The translations under genes and the position numbers were made by a program. A stretch of 50,586 nucleotides of DNA, counting the filler, from Jimgerdemannia flammicorona (lineage: Eukaryota): assembly GCA_003990765.1 (NCBI GenBank). It is 2 parts of 2 records of this genome, joined end to end, with 100 filler letters (N's around TTAATTAATTAA, not from the genome) between each part and the next. Parts side by side here need not be neighbours in the genome. Positions count along the whole stretch, not along the records: positions 25,347 to 50,586 come from RBNJ01000863.1; 1 more part is not named here. One strand, written 5' to 3'. How positions within the stretch are numbered: position 1 is the first letter of the stretch; every line of letters begins with the position of its first letter. Of the stretch, positions 26,013 through 38,683 are shown in pieces. The notes beneath the pieces were generated by a model, which saw only the letters and a list, made by a program, of their open reading frames with translations, was not told the DNA's origin and did not search any database.

Positions 26013-29000
26013 TACACAAGCTACCCTCCTTGGCAAAATCCAAGAAGTCTCCATCAAGATAGGAGGAGCTACCATCCCAGTAGATGTGATTGTTACAAGT
26101 GCTACTAACTATGACATCCTCATTGACAATCAATAGCTTTACAAGGCCAAGGCCATCATTGACCTCAATGTCCAGAAGATGCAGATCAACTATAGAGAAA
26201 GAAAGATACAAGTCTCTATCAATGTCCACAAAGGAGTTCTACCAGACATGGAGGAAGGAGATGAAGAAGACACAAAGATCTTCATGTACTCAGTGAATAA
26301 GAACAAGAATAAGGACAGATGAGCAGTGGTACAATAAGATCATTGATGGCTATGCCCCTCAAAGAAGATACCCCCATGATACTAGGATGTACTGCTCTGA
26401 ACACCTGAATGACTGCTGGTCCTATATTAGTGAAGTCAGGAAAATCCATCAACAGAAATATGAGCAAGAAGCCACTGAAGCAAAAAGGAAAGCCAAAAAA
26501 GATGACCAGCCTCCAGAACTTCAAGCTGATAGTGATGATAAGGAGGAACAAGAATCAGACATCACCCTTAAGGTCAAGAAGTTTCACTCTAAAACCAAGA
26601 TCTCAGAATATAAGACTGAAGGAGCCATAGGAATGGACCTTGCCAGTATTCAAGATGTTACCCTTGAACCACAGACCACTATTCTACTTGGCACTAGAAT
26701 TGGAGTCAAGCTGTCAGAAAATTATACCAGAAAACCATACCAGAATTATCAAGACCAGGAGCAGTCTGGTCAAAAGTGAAATCTCAGTTAAAGGAGAAGT
26801 AATTGACCCTGATTACACTGGTGAGATCTTCTTTATAGTCAGGAATCACAACCCCACCACCCCATTCAAAGTCAAGAAGCATGACAGGATTGGCCAGATG
26901 CTGATCCATGAAGTCAAGAAGCCTAAGATCATTGAAGCCATCAAACTCATCAAGACCAAGAGAGGAGAACAAGGCTTTGGATCTACTGAAAGAGGAGCCT
27001 ATGCCGCCACCAAGATTACTGAACTTGAGCATAAGAAAGATAAGGACCAGAACAAGCACACATATACCATTGGAGAAAACTTTCCTCTGGAGAAACAACT
27101 TCTCAAGATCCTGCACCAGAACAAAGGAGTACTTACTACAGACTTTAGGGATATCCACAATCAAGAACCCAAGTACTACTACAAAGTTGATACTGGTGAT
27201 ACCAAGCCCATCTACCAGAAAGCCAGACCCATACCACCTGCCTACAGAGAATGGCTGCAAGCAGAACTCAAGGAAATGGAAGAAGCCAGAATTATCAAGC
27301 AAGCTATCAGCCCCTGGGCTTCACCCATTGTCTTGCCCTGAAGAAAGGAAGCAAGCCTGGAGAGTTTGTACCAAGACTCTGCATTAACTACAGGAAGCTC
27401 AATGCCATCACTAAGAAGGATAGGCAGCTCTTGCCAAATATTCAAGAAATCCTTACCACCCTTAGAAGTGAAGCCAAATACTACACCACCTTGGATCTGT
27501 TCTCAGGCTTCCATCAGATTGGTCTCACTCAAGATACCAGTGAGAAATCAGCCTTAATCATACCTAACACCACCTATATCTACCTGCAAATGCTATTTGG
27601 AATGTGCAATGCCCCAGCAAGTTTTCAGCGAATGATGAACAGAGTCTTCAGTAATGAGATTGGAAAATGGCTCTTTGTCTATGTTGATGATGTGATCATC
27701 TTCAGCAACACTGTACAGAAATATATCAATCACATACAGCTAGCCCTCAAGAAGCTCAAGGAGTATGGTCTCTATATCAAGCCCAAGAAATATAAGTTTG
27801 TAGCTCAAGAAATCACCTACCTAGGACACCTCATCAACCAGACTGAAATCTACACAGACCCTATGAATATTGAGGCTATTGCAGCCTACCCAAGACCCAG
27901 AACAACTACAGAAGTCTATGTCTTCCTTGGACTGGCCAGCTACTACAGAAGATTTATCAAAGGATACTCCAATATTACAGCACCTATCTATGAGCTACTA
28001 AAGAAGGAGACCAAATTCAAATGGACCAAAGAGTACCAAGAAACCTTCAATGAACTCAAGATCAGGTTGACTCAAGCACCTATCCTCAGAAGACCAGACT
28101 GGAACCTAGAATTCATCCTGCAGACAGATGCGAGTGCTATAGGACTTAGAGCAGTCCTAGCTCAGAAAAAAGATGGATATGAATATATCATCTCCTATGC
28201 AAGCCGAGGTACCTGTAGAGCAGAACAGAACTACGAGTCATGCAAGCTTGAATGCTTAGCAGTAGTTTGGGCAGTAGATAAGTTCCACTACTATCTAGCT
28301 GGAAAATACTTCACCATTCAAACAGACTATTCTGCTCTTGCCTGACTATTCCACACTCTGAACCCCAAAGGAATATATGCTAGATGGATCTACAGACTGC
28401 AAGAGTATAACTGTACTGTCAAGTACTACTCAGGAAAGACCAATACCAATGCCAATGTACTCTCAAGGATACCCTGAAACACCCCCATCAAAACTATTCA
28501 ACATGAATAAGGAGCTATACTATGGATTAATTAGCTACCTTAGGCAGCAGAAGATGCCCAACCATCTTGAACCCTGGACAATCACTATTATCAACCAGAC
28601 TTGGAAACAGTTTGAACTAGACAACACTACACTCAGAAAAGGAGGAAAGCTAATAATATCTAAATACAAAAAGTATCAAATAATGAAGGAAGTATACAAG
28701 CAAGGACACTTAGGAGGAACCAATACATATGACAAGACAAGAAGAACTATATGGTGGCCCAAGATAGAAGAAGACCTGCACCAATTTGTCAAAGAGTGTG
28801 ACAAGTACCAAAAACAGAAATAAGATCAGCAAAACCAGGTACCCGGGTCATCAATAATTGAGCCTATCTCCTTCTACCACATTGCAATGGATATCATTGG
28901 ACCACTACCAGTAACACTATCAGGAAACTGCTATATTATAGTTATTGTAAACCTCTTCACTAAATGGATAGAGGCAGGAGCATTACAAGAAGTCAATGTC

Positions 29001-29640
29001 CTCTCTATAGCTGACTTCCTGTACTGAGAAATCATCTGCTGCTACAAAATACCAAAGCAAATCACAACAGACCATGGAACAGAATTTGTCAATGGATTCT
29101 ATGAGATAATATATCAGAAATACAAGATCCAGTACATCAAGACCACTATGTACCACCCTCAAGGAAATAGACAGATAGAGAGAACCAACAAGACCCTCAA
29201 GAATATCCTAGCAAAGATCTCAGAGATATATGAGAATTGGGATAATTATCTCTCAACTATCCTCTCTATCCTACAAGACATATAGTCACAGAGTACACAC
29301 TTTACCCTAAGAGAGCTGCTCTTCGGAGAAGAAGATTCTGATGGAACCTTAGCCACAAATCTAGACCTAACTTGGAGACAGATTGATGCAGAAATCTGGA
29401 GACTATACCAAATCAGGAAGTAGGCTGAAGATTACATCACCAAGTCACAAGCACTGACAAAGAAGAATGTGGAAAAGAATCACAAGGCCCTAGAACTCAT
29501 CCAAATCAGAGAAAAGGTTCTACTATATTGAAATATAGTAGAAGCCTCATGGTCATGAAAACTGGAGCCCAAATGAGAAAAACCCTTCTACATGTAAGAT
29601 ATCAAGAGAACCACCTTCTGGCTTAGAAAATTCTCAAGGA
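26013..29640 (+). mobile_element. Decayed Ty3/gypsy LTR retrotransposon pol: PR (partial)-dUTPase-RT-RNaseH-integrase
   Basis: PR tail (NYDILIDNQ*); dUTPase motifs; RT SPWASPIV / RLCINYRKLN / LDLFSGFHQI / YVDD; RNase H LQTDAS, KLECLAVVWA, TIQTDY; integrase IAMDIIGPLP, ITTDHGTEF, YHPQGN..IER; GPY/F-like tail. Many stops and frameshifts; no LTR seen. Confidence 0.95.
26561..26990 (+). pseudogene. dUTPase domain inside the gypsy pol, frameshifted
   Basis: All five trimeric dUTPase motifs: GAIGMDL, RSSL, VIDPDYTGEI, DRIGQ, RGEQGFGST. Frameshift at a small ATACCAGAA duplication near 26723-26745. Confidence 0.9.
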
Positions 29641-29798
29641 TACATTAAAAACAAACTGTAGGGAATTGCGCGTCATTGGTCCTAATCTCGATAGTTGGAC
29701 GAACTGACAAGGGATACATCAAATTCACCGGTAGTCACGTGCTATATGCAAATAACAAGCATAACAATGTTTGAGAATCATATCCATTTGCCTCTATT

Positions 29799-30912
29799 CT
29801 ACTTGCGAGATACTCCTGTTGACGGCATTAGAAAATCCACTAGTTGTTGCTCCACCTCTTCACACAATTTCCGATGTCCCTGTTGAGTCTCCTCTCTCAC
29901 ACACCTCGCTCGTCCGTCTAACAACCAATTCACGTATTCGCTCTCGAGCAACCTCTTTTCGACATCATTCAAAACTTGGAAGGTCAACAATAGATCGTGC
30001 CGTAAGATACCAACTCGTTCTCGTGTTAGCACAAGTTCCGAGGCGAACACCCGGTGGTATTTTGTAAACCAGTTGTAAGGTAGTGACGCGGAGGCAGTCG
30101 GATCCTCCGAGATATTGATACTCGCGACGACGTTCGGCGATGCGAAGGTCGGCGAAAAACTCGGGCGCGAGCGAAGGAAGAGATTGTAGCTGAATGTATA
30201 AAATATAAAAAAAGGAAAATTGTTATGTGAGCCAGGACACTCGTATTATCGGCTTATTGTCCATGGCATTGCCTTTGAGAAAGAATATATTCAAAATTTA
30301 CCTTTCATACTTGCCACCCACAGGTACCCATCCCGCACTCTTCAATAAACCTTCCTCCAGATCACGGATATAAACAGCCCGTGCCTCGACGTGCTTCTCT
30401 ACCATAGGTGTCACTACAGATGAAACCGAGACTCCATTCACCGTGCTCCTAGTTCCAATCGTAATCAATGCCCACATATTCCATAACAACGACACTACTA
30501 GCAAGACTCCCACAAATAACCGCTTTTCCAGTGGAATCATATCGAGCAGCGCCTCGCCAGCATCCAAAATACTTCCTAAAATTCCACCAGTACTTTCTCT
30601 GTTTACTTTCTTCATCGATTTCTTTCTCTCCACGCTGGCGCTCTCTCCAGTAACCCCTTCTGTCGCACTACTGCCATCGTCGTGGACCCTGTTCCTTCGT
30701 CGGAGAGAACTTCCTGATGGTGCATACCGAGTTCTATTGCCGTGATGTGAAGTTCCCGACCGGTCGACACGATGGCCAGGTCGTTGTAGTTTCCCGGCCC
30801 CCGAATGAGTAAGATGCTGCACATCGGACTGTATAACGTTTGCGATGACCGCCACAGTTTCAGAGAGACCTTTCATTGTCACCTTGGATATCATACCTAT
30901 ATAGTACCCCAC

Positions 30913-30946
<34 letters not shown>

Positions 30947-33900
30947 ATTATGTGAACCACACACGTAATAATAGGTGGAAGGCAGAGATATTGATAATAG
31001 AAAATGAAAGACGATGCTCACTCTTCACCATGGGATTCTTATACCATTTTATACCCGTGTAGCACGCCAGCTTGCATTTCTTTGGGCCAACGTAGGTGAT
31101 ACAATATTTGACGGTCGGCGAGAAGGCATCAGCGTACGGTAACTGTGCTGTCTTGGTCGAGGAGTGGACGGTGTAGGCCCTGTGGAAAACAGGAAAGGGA
31201 TGGTGATGCCACAAATTCCAAGTGCACAAGCATCAACTGCAACATGCCTAACAGATTATGCAATCGTAACGATAAAAGCAACCGCACTGTGCATATACGT
31301 ACAAATACTCTCTTTTCTGCAATAGCTGGTGGGTTTCGAGCACCTCCGTCTCCTTGGCTTTCACCATTGGGTTATTGATTGGCATTGTGTACTTGAGAAT
31401 TCGCCGTTTCTCCCCCTCGACCATTTCCCATTGGCCCACCTGAATATCTGAGGATTCTCACGAAATAAAATATAGAATTGCGGGTCAAAATTGGGAGGCA
31501 CATTGTCTCTTACACCATACATTTCTTCACTTCCATCATATTAGTAACCGAACTGCTCCCCCAATCCCGAATTGTCGGAAAGATGAAACGTCCTCACCAA
31601 ACAGTACTGACCTGTATTACCCCTCTGTTTATTCAGCTTTTCCCATGTCATAGGGGCCTTAGCATCACTGAACATTAAATCGAATAAGCGATGAGCTGAC
31701 ATGTTCAATTCGAGCTCGACCTCCTTCTTCTCCAGATGATCCTCACAACCACAATCTTCTGGGCCTGCGGGTATAGGGAAATCGGGCGGGAGGGTATCCT
31801 CTGCTCGATTGATAAAAATAACCGAGAGCCAATTAGTCAACTGAAATGCTGTGATCATAAGTAATCAAGAAAATGAGAACAACGGATGTTGATTGAAACA
31901 TCAAGACGGGAACGCACCATCAACGGGAGTTGCCTGCTCCTTTTGTTTCTCCTCGCTGGCTTTCGACGACTCCCCTGCTGGTGGCCCGCCACTGGCTTCC
32001 TTTTGCTTTTCCGCATCGCTTTCTTTTTTGGTCGCCGGGGCAAGCATTTCGGTGACTACTTTGGCCTCGTCTGTGCCCTTTGTCTCCTTCTGAGTTGGCG
32101 GAGGTGTCACGGCGGGTGTGGGCGCTACATACACCGAGACGCCCTTGCGCATACTGCGAAGAACTTCAAAGAGATGCTGTAGCTTCATGGACTATGCGAG
32201 GGATATTGATCAATATAGAATTAATATCAGTGCTATGTCGGATTTATTAACTCATGATATGGACGCTCTGTGAAAGGCGCACAAACCCACCTGGTCCGCC
32301 TTCGCTGTTGCCGCTGTCATATTGATCTTCTCCATAATCAACTCCGCATCGTCCATCAGCACACGCAACATGAGTTTCTCCTTCTCCTGCGATCCACCAA
32401 CAGGTGCACTTATTTCGAATACAAGCAGAACATCCCCTCCAGGAATCGGGGATGCATCGCGCACAAGCTTTATCGAAATCACATCCTTCAACCGCAGCGT
32501 GACTGTGTTGACGCAGTTCATAACAACGCGCGAGTGGAAATAGAGCGCGCGTTGCGTGAGGAAGCTACGACCGGGGTAAGAGTAACCATAAGATGAGCGG
32601 GGTGGAGCTGGGGATGTGCTGGTTGACGATGAGGTCACGTCCTTGGATGCGTCGGTTGGCTTTTGTACAAGGGCGCTAAGGAAGGCTGCATGTAGATTTG
32701 AAGTAATGGAAACATGCTGGATGAGGTGATGATGGGATGGTACAAAGGTTATCAGAACAATGTGGTAATCGGTAACAAAAACTACTTACCATCGAGCACG
32801 ACCTCATCCTTTTCCACACTTTGAAACAGCCTTCTCAGCTGCTTGTTCCGCACATCCAGATCCGGAGGGTATCCCGTAATCTCCGTTACTTTGAGATCGT
32901 CATCTCCCGCACCAATCACTGCAGAATTTAGCCGTTCCAACCCACCCGTACCACCTGACCCACTCCGAGGTCGCGAAGCTCCGCTCAAGCTACCACTCCG
33001 GTCTCTCCCTGTGGTCGTCGTAGGCAAGCTCACTACCCCACCATCCACCGAATAACCTTCCACGAGTGCGCCTCCCGAATTGAAGATGCCCGGCTCGCCT
33101 TCTCCATTCCCCTGGTTGTTGATGAACAAGCTAGCACCAGGCACAAGTGTCCATGGGATGCTCCCCCACGCACCGGCAATGCTGCTGGACGATGGGTTGG
33201 TGCCGCCGCTTGCCTTGTACATCAGGTCCGTGCCCTGCCGCGCGGCCTCGCGTATCATCATGCCCGCCAACGACGAGCCCGTGCTGGGCGGACGGTTCAG
33301 AGTAGTCGGCGAGTGAGTCGGAGAAATCGGTACGCCACCGGTCAGGTCTGCGATACTAGTGTTAGGCCCCAGAGACGATCGGGCAGATTTTGTGCGTCGC
33401 TCCGAGTCGCTGCCACTACCTCCAGCTGCGGTGTCACTGCCGTCTTTGTCAACTTCCGCAGCCGGCGGCTCAGTGGATTCATCGCGGGTTTCAGTTGTAG
33501 CGCTGGAGGTAGCGGCTGTTGGTGTGTCAATGTTAGTGGGGTTTGAGGCATCCAATGGTTGTTGAGCGTTTTCGACAATGAACCTTCGTGCGCTCTCGAA
33601 AGTTAACATCCATTCTTGGAGGTCGTCTTCCGTCTCCGCTTGTAATAGGAAAGATGCTCTAAGAGGTAAAATAAATTCAGTTGGTTGGTAACATATACAC
33701 TTGGGAGTATAAATATAGATGCTTTCCTCTACCTTTTTCAACGAATTAAATTATAGGAGTATTCAAAGTAGAAAAAAAAAAAAAGCACTTACTGCGGTTT
33801 TACGCATACCACCTCGAAGCAAAACCTCCGATCTTGCTCCGAATTCTGCTTCACATCACAAAGCAGCACGCCCACACGCTCGCCCAACATAACACAGCCC

Positions 33901-36070
33901 TTGACTTTCCCCACAGTTCCGACGGTAAGGCTCCCGAACCATCCGTCCTCGACGAAGAACCACCTCCGGCTCCAAACAAACCGCGCGGGTTTACCTGTCA
34001 CCGTGCGTTGGTAGAGGTATCCGTGCTTGGTGATGGGAGAGGCCGCATTAGCGTTGCTGGTGGGACTGGAAAAGAGAGAGATCGAGGAAGGGGCATTGTA
34101 ATTCGTGAGGGAGCGCTGCGGACGGGCTAGCGTAATGGCCTCTTCTTCGAGTGGTTTTCGAGAAGCGCGGAGAAGGGAGAGTTGGTAATCGATAGTCGAT
34201 TTGCTCTAGTAGAAAGAAGAATCGTGAGTAATGGAGTGAAAGTTAATGGTCACTGGAGAAACCTAATCGGCCATCATTTGGAACGCAAAATGCTTACCTC
34301 TCCCAACCATGCTCTCCACTGAGTTATCGGTTTCCTCAAACTCTTGTACACTTCATAGCTGCCCTCGTGGTAATCCGCCTCGGCTTGTATGCCATTAACG
34401 AACTATCAAGTATATCGTAGGAAGGTACGGGAATGGATAGCAAAAGATGAGCGCATACTTTAACACATCTACGCCCACTACCTTCGCGAACGAAAACCTT
34501 AACCATCCTACTCACTTGTTCCACGAGCATGTGTTCCAATGCCGCTCTAAAAAAATGAAGATCGTCAATAAGCATGACTCACATCAAAATCATGTTATTG
34601 AGATACAAAACTTGCGCAACCTACTTGAATTCCGTGATCTTTAGCATATACTCGGCCGACACCCTGATGTGCGACTTTCGAATCTCGTACAGCTGAAAAG
34701 CGTCCTCCCGCAGAGCCGAGGCCTCTTTGGTTTTCGAGAGGGCATTGTAGCGGTACAACATTGACTCATACTTCTCGAGAGTCTTGTTGTAATTTTTCCG
34801 GGTTTCCTGTCCAAAATCATGTGCGGAAGATGCCGAGAATGAGATGCCGAACTAAGGATAGAATCAATCTGAAGAAGATTAATCAGATCGTGGCCAAAGA
34901 ATACCTTAAACTCCTTCATTTCAGTTTTGATGAATAGTTGGGTGGGCGCAATCATCCGTTCTTCCATGTCACTGACCTGTATTATGAATATGAGAAAGTG
35001 GCATTGAAGAATCCGTACGCTTTTCTACGTGATATGCGTCTCGTGTCCTACACCATAATTTTCCCAGATCCTCCATACTTGACATTTCACACGGAAACAC
35101 TCACCATCTTTTGCTTAAACGCCAAACTCGCTTGCAAAGAGTCGGTAAATGACCGAACCACGGCGTTAGCGAAATCAGGGTCTGACATATCAAAATTTGG
35201 GTGGGAGACATTAGTCAGTATTGCCGATGAACGATTGATTCGCGAACGATACCATACACTCTTTGTTACCCCCAACGCGTAATGCTTCTTTCCTGGCCAT
35301 CAAGCCCAACGTATTTAGCGACCAACATAACACTTACTCATTACCGACTCGTCCACGTTCGGTACTGCCTTCTTGCTTAGATCAGTTGTTTGCATATTGA
35401 GCCCTGTGGAGAATCATAACAATGTTGGTGCGGTTCATCGTTAGTATGATACATCCCTTTTTAGGCCCAGTGGACGATACCGAGGAGCTCTTCCATGGGA
35501 ATGCATCTGCTACATTGCGCGTATATCAAGCACACGGTATGTGTCGATCGAGGATATTGGGGTAGATTGGATCTCCGATATGCGGACCAGCTGGTGGCTC
35601 GAGCCCACCGCGTTCCGCTACGCGATTGTGTTTACTCAATATCATCGTACGCCCACTGACGTTTCACTCGCTCCACACAACAGTTTGAACAAGGTGATCC
35701 CACAATCAACCCTTCCCTTTCAATCGCAGGTCCAAGTATCACGAACGGCCAATGCTGACATTTGGTTACTACTCTCTCCAGCCTTAGAATCTCGGCAACG
35801 CTTTCAACCCCATTCCCTCGCTAAGCGAACTCAACGCTAATTCCACGCAATTTAGTTGAAGGGTTGAAACCCGTGATACGAGCAAACACACTCACTCGAC
35901 AGCTCCTCGGAATAGTGCTTGAGCGATCGAACCAGGTTCTCAAGCCACCGCTCGAGCAGCTCGACCTGATCTTCAAAGTGCTCGACATTTGAGCGGAATG
36001 CAGGAGTGTCGGAGACAGCATCCTGGACTGTTATAATGTTTGTTGGCAGAGATACTGCAGGTACGGTCAT
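29799..36070 (-). CDS. BAR-PH-GRAM-StART-like (VASt) lipid transfer protein, SIP3/LAM1/YSP1 family, multi-exon
   Basis: N-terminal DTPAFRSNVEHFEDQVELLERWLE (BAR); HGYLYQR...WSRRWFF...DRRFCFEV and LQAETEDDLQEW (PH); YPGRSFLTQRALYFHS (GRAM-like); LFDLMFSD...QLPYADAF...VKYCIT (StART-like); TM LFVGVLLVVSLLWN; C-terminal LRHDLL...EYVNWL; TAG at 29799-29801. Not every exon boundary was traced. Confidence 0.85.
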
Positions 36071-36991
36071 TGTGGCGGATTCTACGAAAGCGAGGGGAGG
36101 TATTTTGCCGAAGCCGGTTCAAATTTAAAGCTAATCAACAGGTCACGAGGCCGTGAGGGACTGCTGCCGACGTAGATTGGTCTGGTTGGTCGCCCAGCAT
36201 GTGTCATAGGCAACTGTGACAACCTTCCCCAACACGAACTTTTGCTTATTGTTGTCTACCACAGCAATGTATCAGTCACAGTAGTATTAATCTCGTATCA
36301 TGGCTTCCGCAGATCGACCCTATGGCCGGCGCCCACGAATTTCTTTACCACTTGGCCAGCGGCTGAGGCTTTGATGTCCGCATTGAGCGCGGAAACCCTC
36401 AAAAGAATGCAAATTAGGCAAATGTCCTCTCGCACGGCAAATCGCAGCATCTCACCCCTGACACCGTAGTTGACTGGAAGGCGTACACACATTCAATTTA
36501 ATACTAGTTCGTCGTCGCTCCTTGGCAATTTTTTTTTTTTTTTAGGTCACCTGCGCCCCGAATTGCAAGAGAAAAGATAGAAGTGGAAATGGAAAATCGC
36601 GGATGTTAACCAGTATATCCAAATATCCCAAGTTTCAATATGAAAGTTTGACTTTGATCGATACCATTTATTGCTTCATTAATTCGTGGTAGCGTCTTTC
36701 TGTATATGTATATTTATATTTTTTTTGGGTTCAAGAATGGGAGCTAGAGCAATCATATGGAACTGACTATGACGTTGTTATGCATTCCGAAACAATTTAC
36801 CACGCAAGACACGCACTCTAGTATGTAATTTTTTAATCGGTGGTTTGTTTTATTCACAGTAGTCTCTCTTTGTACATGATTTTTGCCCACAAACAGAAAT
36901 GAAAGGTACCCTATGCATTGAGTGGATCTCAAATATTCCGTTTTTTTTGGTTGTGCACCGAAGTGCAAGGTCACTAGGTGGTAAGAAGCAT

Positions 36992-38683
36992 TTACTTCTT
37001 GCCGGCCTTGGCGCCGGCCTTGGTGGTCTTAGCAGTGGACTTTTCAACCTTCTCGACACTCTTGATGACACCTACGGCGACCGTTTGCCTCATGTCCCGG
37101 ACAGCGAAGCGACCAAGTGGGGGGAACTCGGTGTAGGATTCAACGCACATAGGCTTAGACGGAATCATCTTGACGATGGCGGAGTCACCGGACTTGACGA
37201 ACTTGGGGTTGTCCTCAAGCTTCTTGCCGGAACGACGATCGATCTTCTCGACAAGCTCGGCGAACTTGCAAGCAATATGGGCGGTGTGGCAATCGAGCAC
37301 CGGTGCGTAGCCAGCGCCGATCTGACCGGGGTGGTTGAGGACGATAACCTGAGCGAGGAAGGAGGCGGATTCCTTGGCGGGGTCGTTCTTGGAGTCGGAG
37401 CAGACGAAGCCACGACGGATTTCCTTGACTGATACGTTCTTGACGTTGAAGCCGACATTGTCGCCGGGGACACCCTCGGTGAGCTGTTCGTGGTGCATTT
37501 CGACGGACTTCACTTCAGTGGAGACACCAGCGGGGGCGAAGGTGACAACCATACCGGCCTGTGTATATGGGACGATGAGATAAAGGAGTGTCAGCGTTTT
37601 GTTCATAAACTTTCTCGATTCAACTTCATGGCCAAAGGCTCCCAGAAATCACTTGCCTTGATGATACCAGTCTCGACACGACCGACGGGAACTGTGCCAA
37701 TACCACCGATCTTGTACACATCCTGGAGGGGAAGACGGAGGGGCTTGTCGGTAGGACGGCTCGGGGGGTCAATGGCATCGATGGCCTCGAGGAGGGTCTT
37801 GCCAGACTTGTTGCCGGCCTTGGATTCCTTGGTCCATCCCTTGAACCAGGTCATGTTAACGGACTCCTCCAACATATTGTCGCCGTGCCAGCCGGAGATC
37901 GGGACGAACGGAACAGTGGCGGGGTTGAAACCAATCTTCTTGATGAAGGAAGAGACCTCCTTCACGATTTCGTTGAAACGATCCTGCGACCATTTGGTGG
38001 TGTCCATCTTGTTGATGGCGACGATGAGCTGACGCACACCAAGGGTGAAGGCGAGGAGAGCGTGCTCACGAGTCTGACCATCCTTGGAGATACCAGCCTC
38101 GAACTCACCAGTACCGGCGGCGATAATGAGAATACCGCAGTCAGCCTATAAAGCGAAATACAAGCATATTAGACGTGGATTCCGACGATCTGATCTGTTC
38201 AGTCCTCCGACTAGGTGCAACACGCCGCCCGCGCCAATCTAACCCAACTAACCTGGGAGGTGCCAGTGATCATGTTCTTGATGAAATCGCGGTGACCGGG
38301 GGCGTCAATGACGGTGACATAGTACTTGGGGGTCTCGAACTTCCAGAGAGCAATGTCGATGGTGATACCACGCTCACGCTCAGCTTTCAGTTTGTCCAAA
38401 ACCCAGGCGTATTTGAACGAAGACTTGCCAAGCTCAGCAGCCTCCTTCTCGAACTTCTCGATGGTACGCTTATCGATACCGCCGCACTTGTAGATCAAGT
38501 GACCGGTGGTGGTGGACTTGCCGGAATCGACGTGGCTGGTGGCGGAGGAGAATTAATAGACAACGAAGATAAGCGTCAGGCATTTCCTTGACGAATACCG
38601 GTTTCGATCCGATGAGAGTAAACGTAGAGGTTGGATACATACCCGATGACGACGACGTTAACGTGAGTCTTTTCCTTACCCAT
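36992..38683 (-). CDS. TEF1: Translation elongation factor 1-alpha
   Basis: Exons 38683-38643, 38535-38253, 38145-37657, 37558-36992. [63 protein letters not shown]. Probable 5'UTR intron 38814-38689 and TATA-like run ~38903-38911. Confidence 0.99.

Noticed and set aside
36899..38591. Long plus-strand ORFs opposite TEF1 (likewise opposite the ZIP, F-box and lipase genes)
   Set aside because: Antisense shadows caused by biased codon usage.
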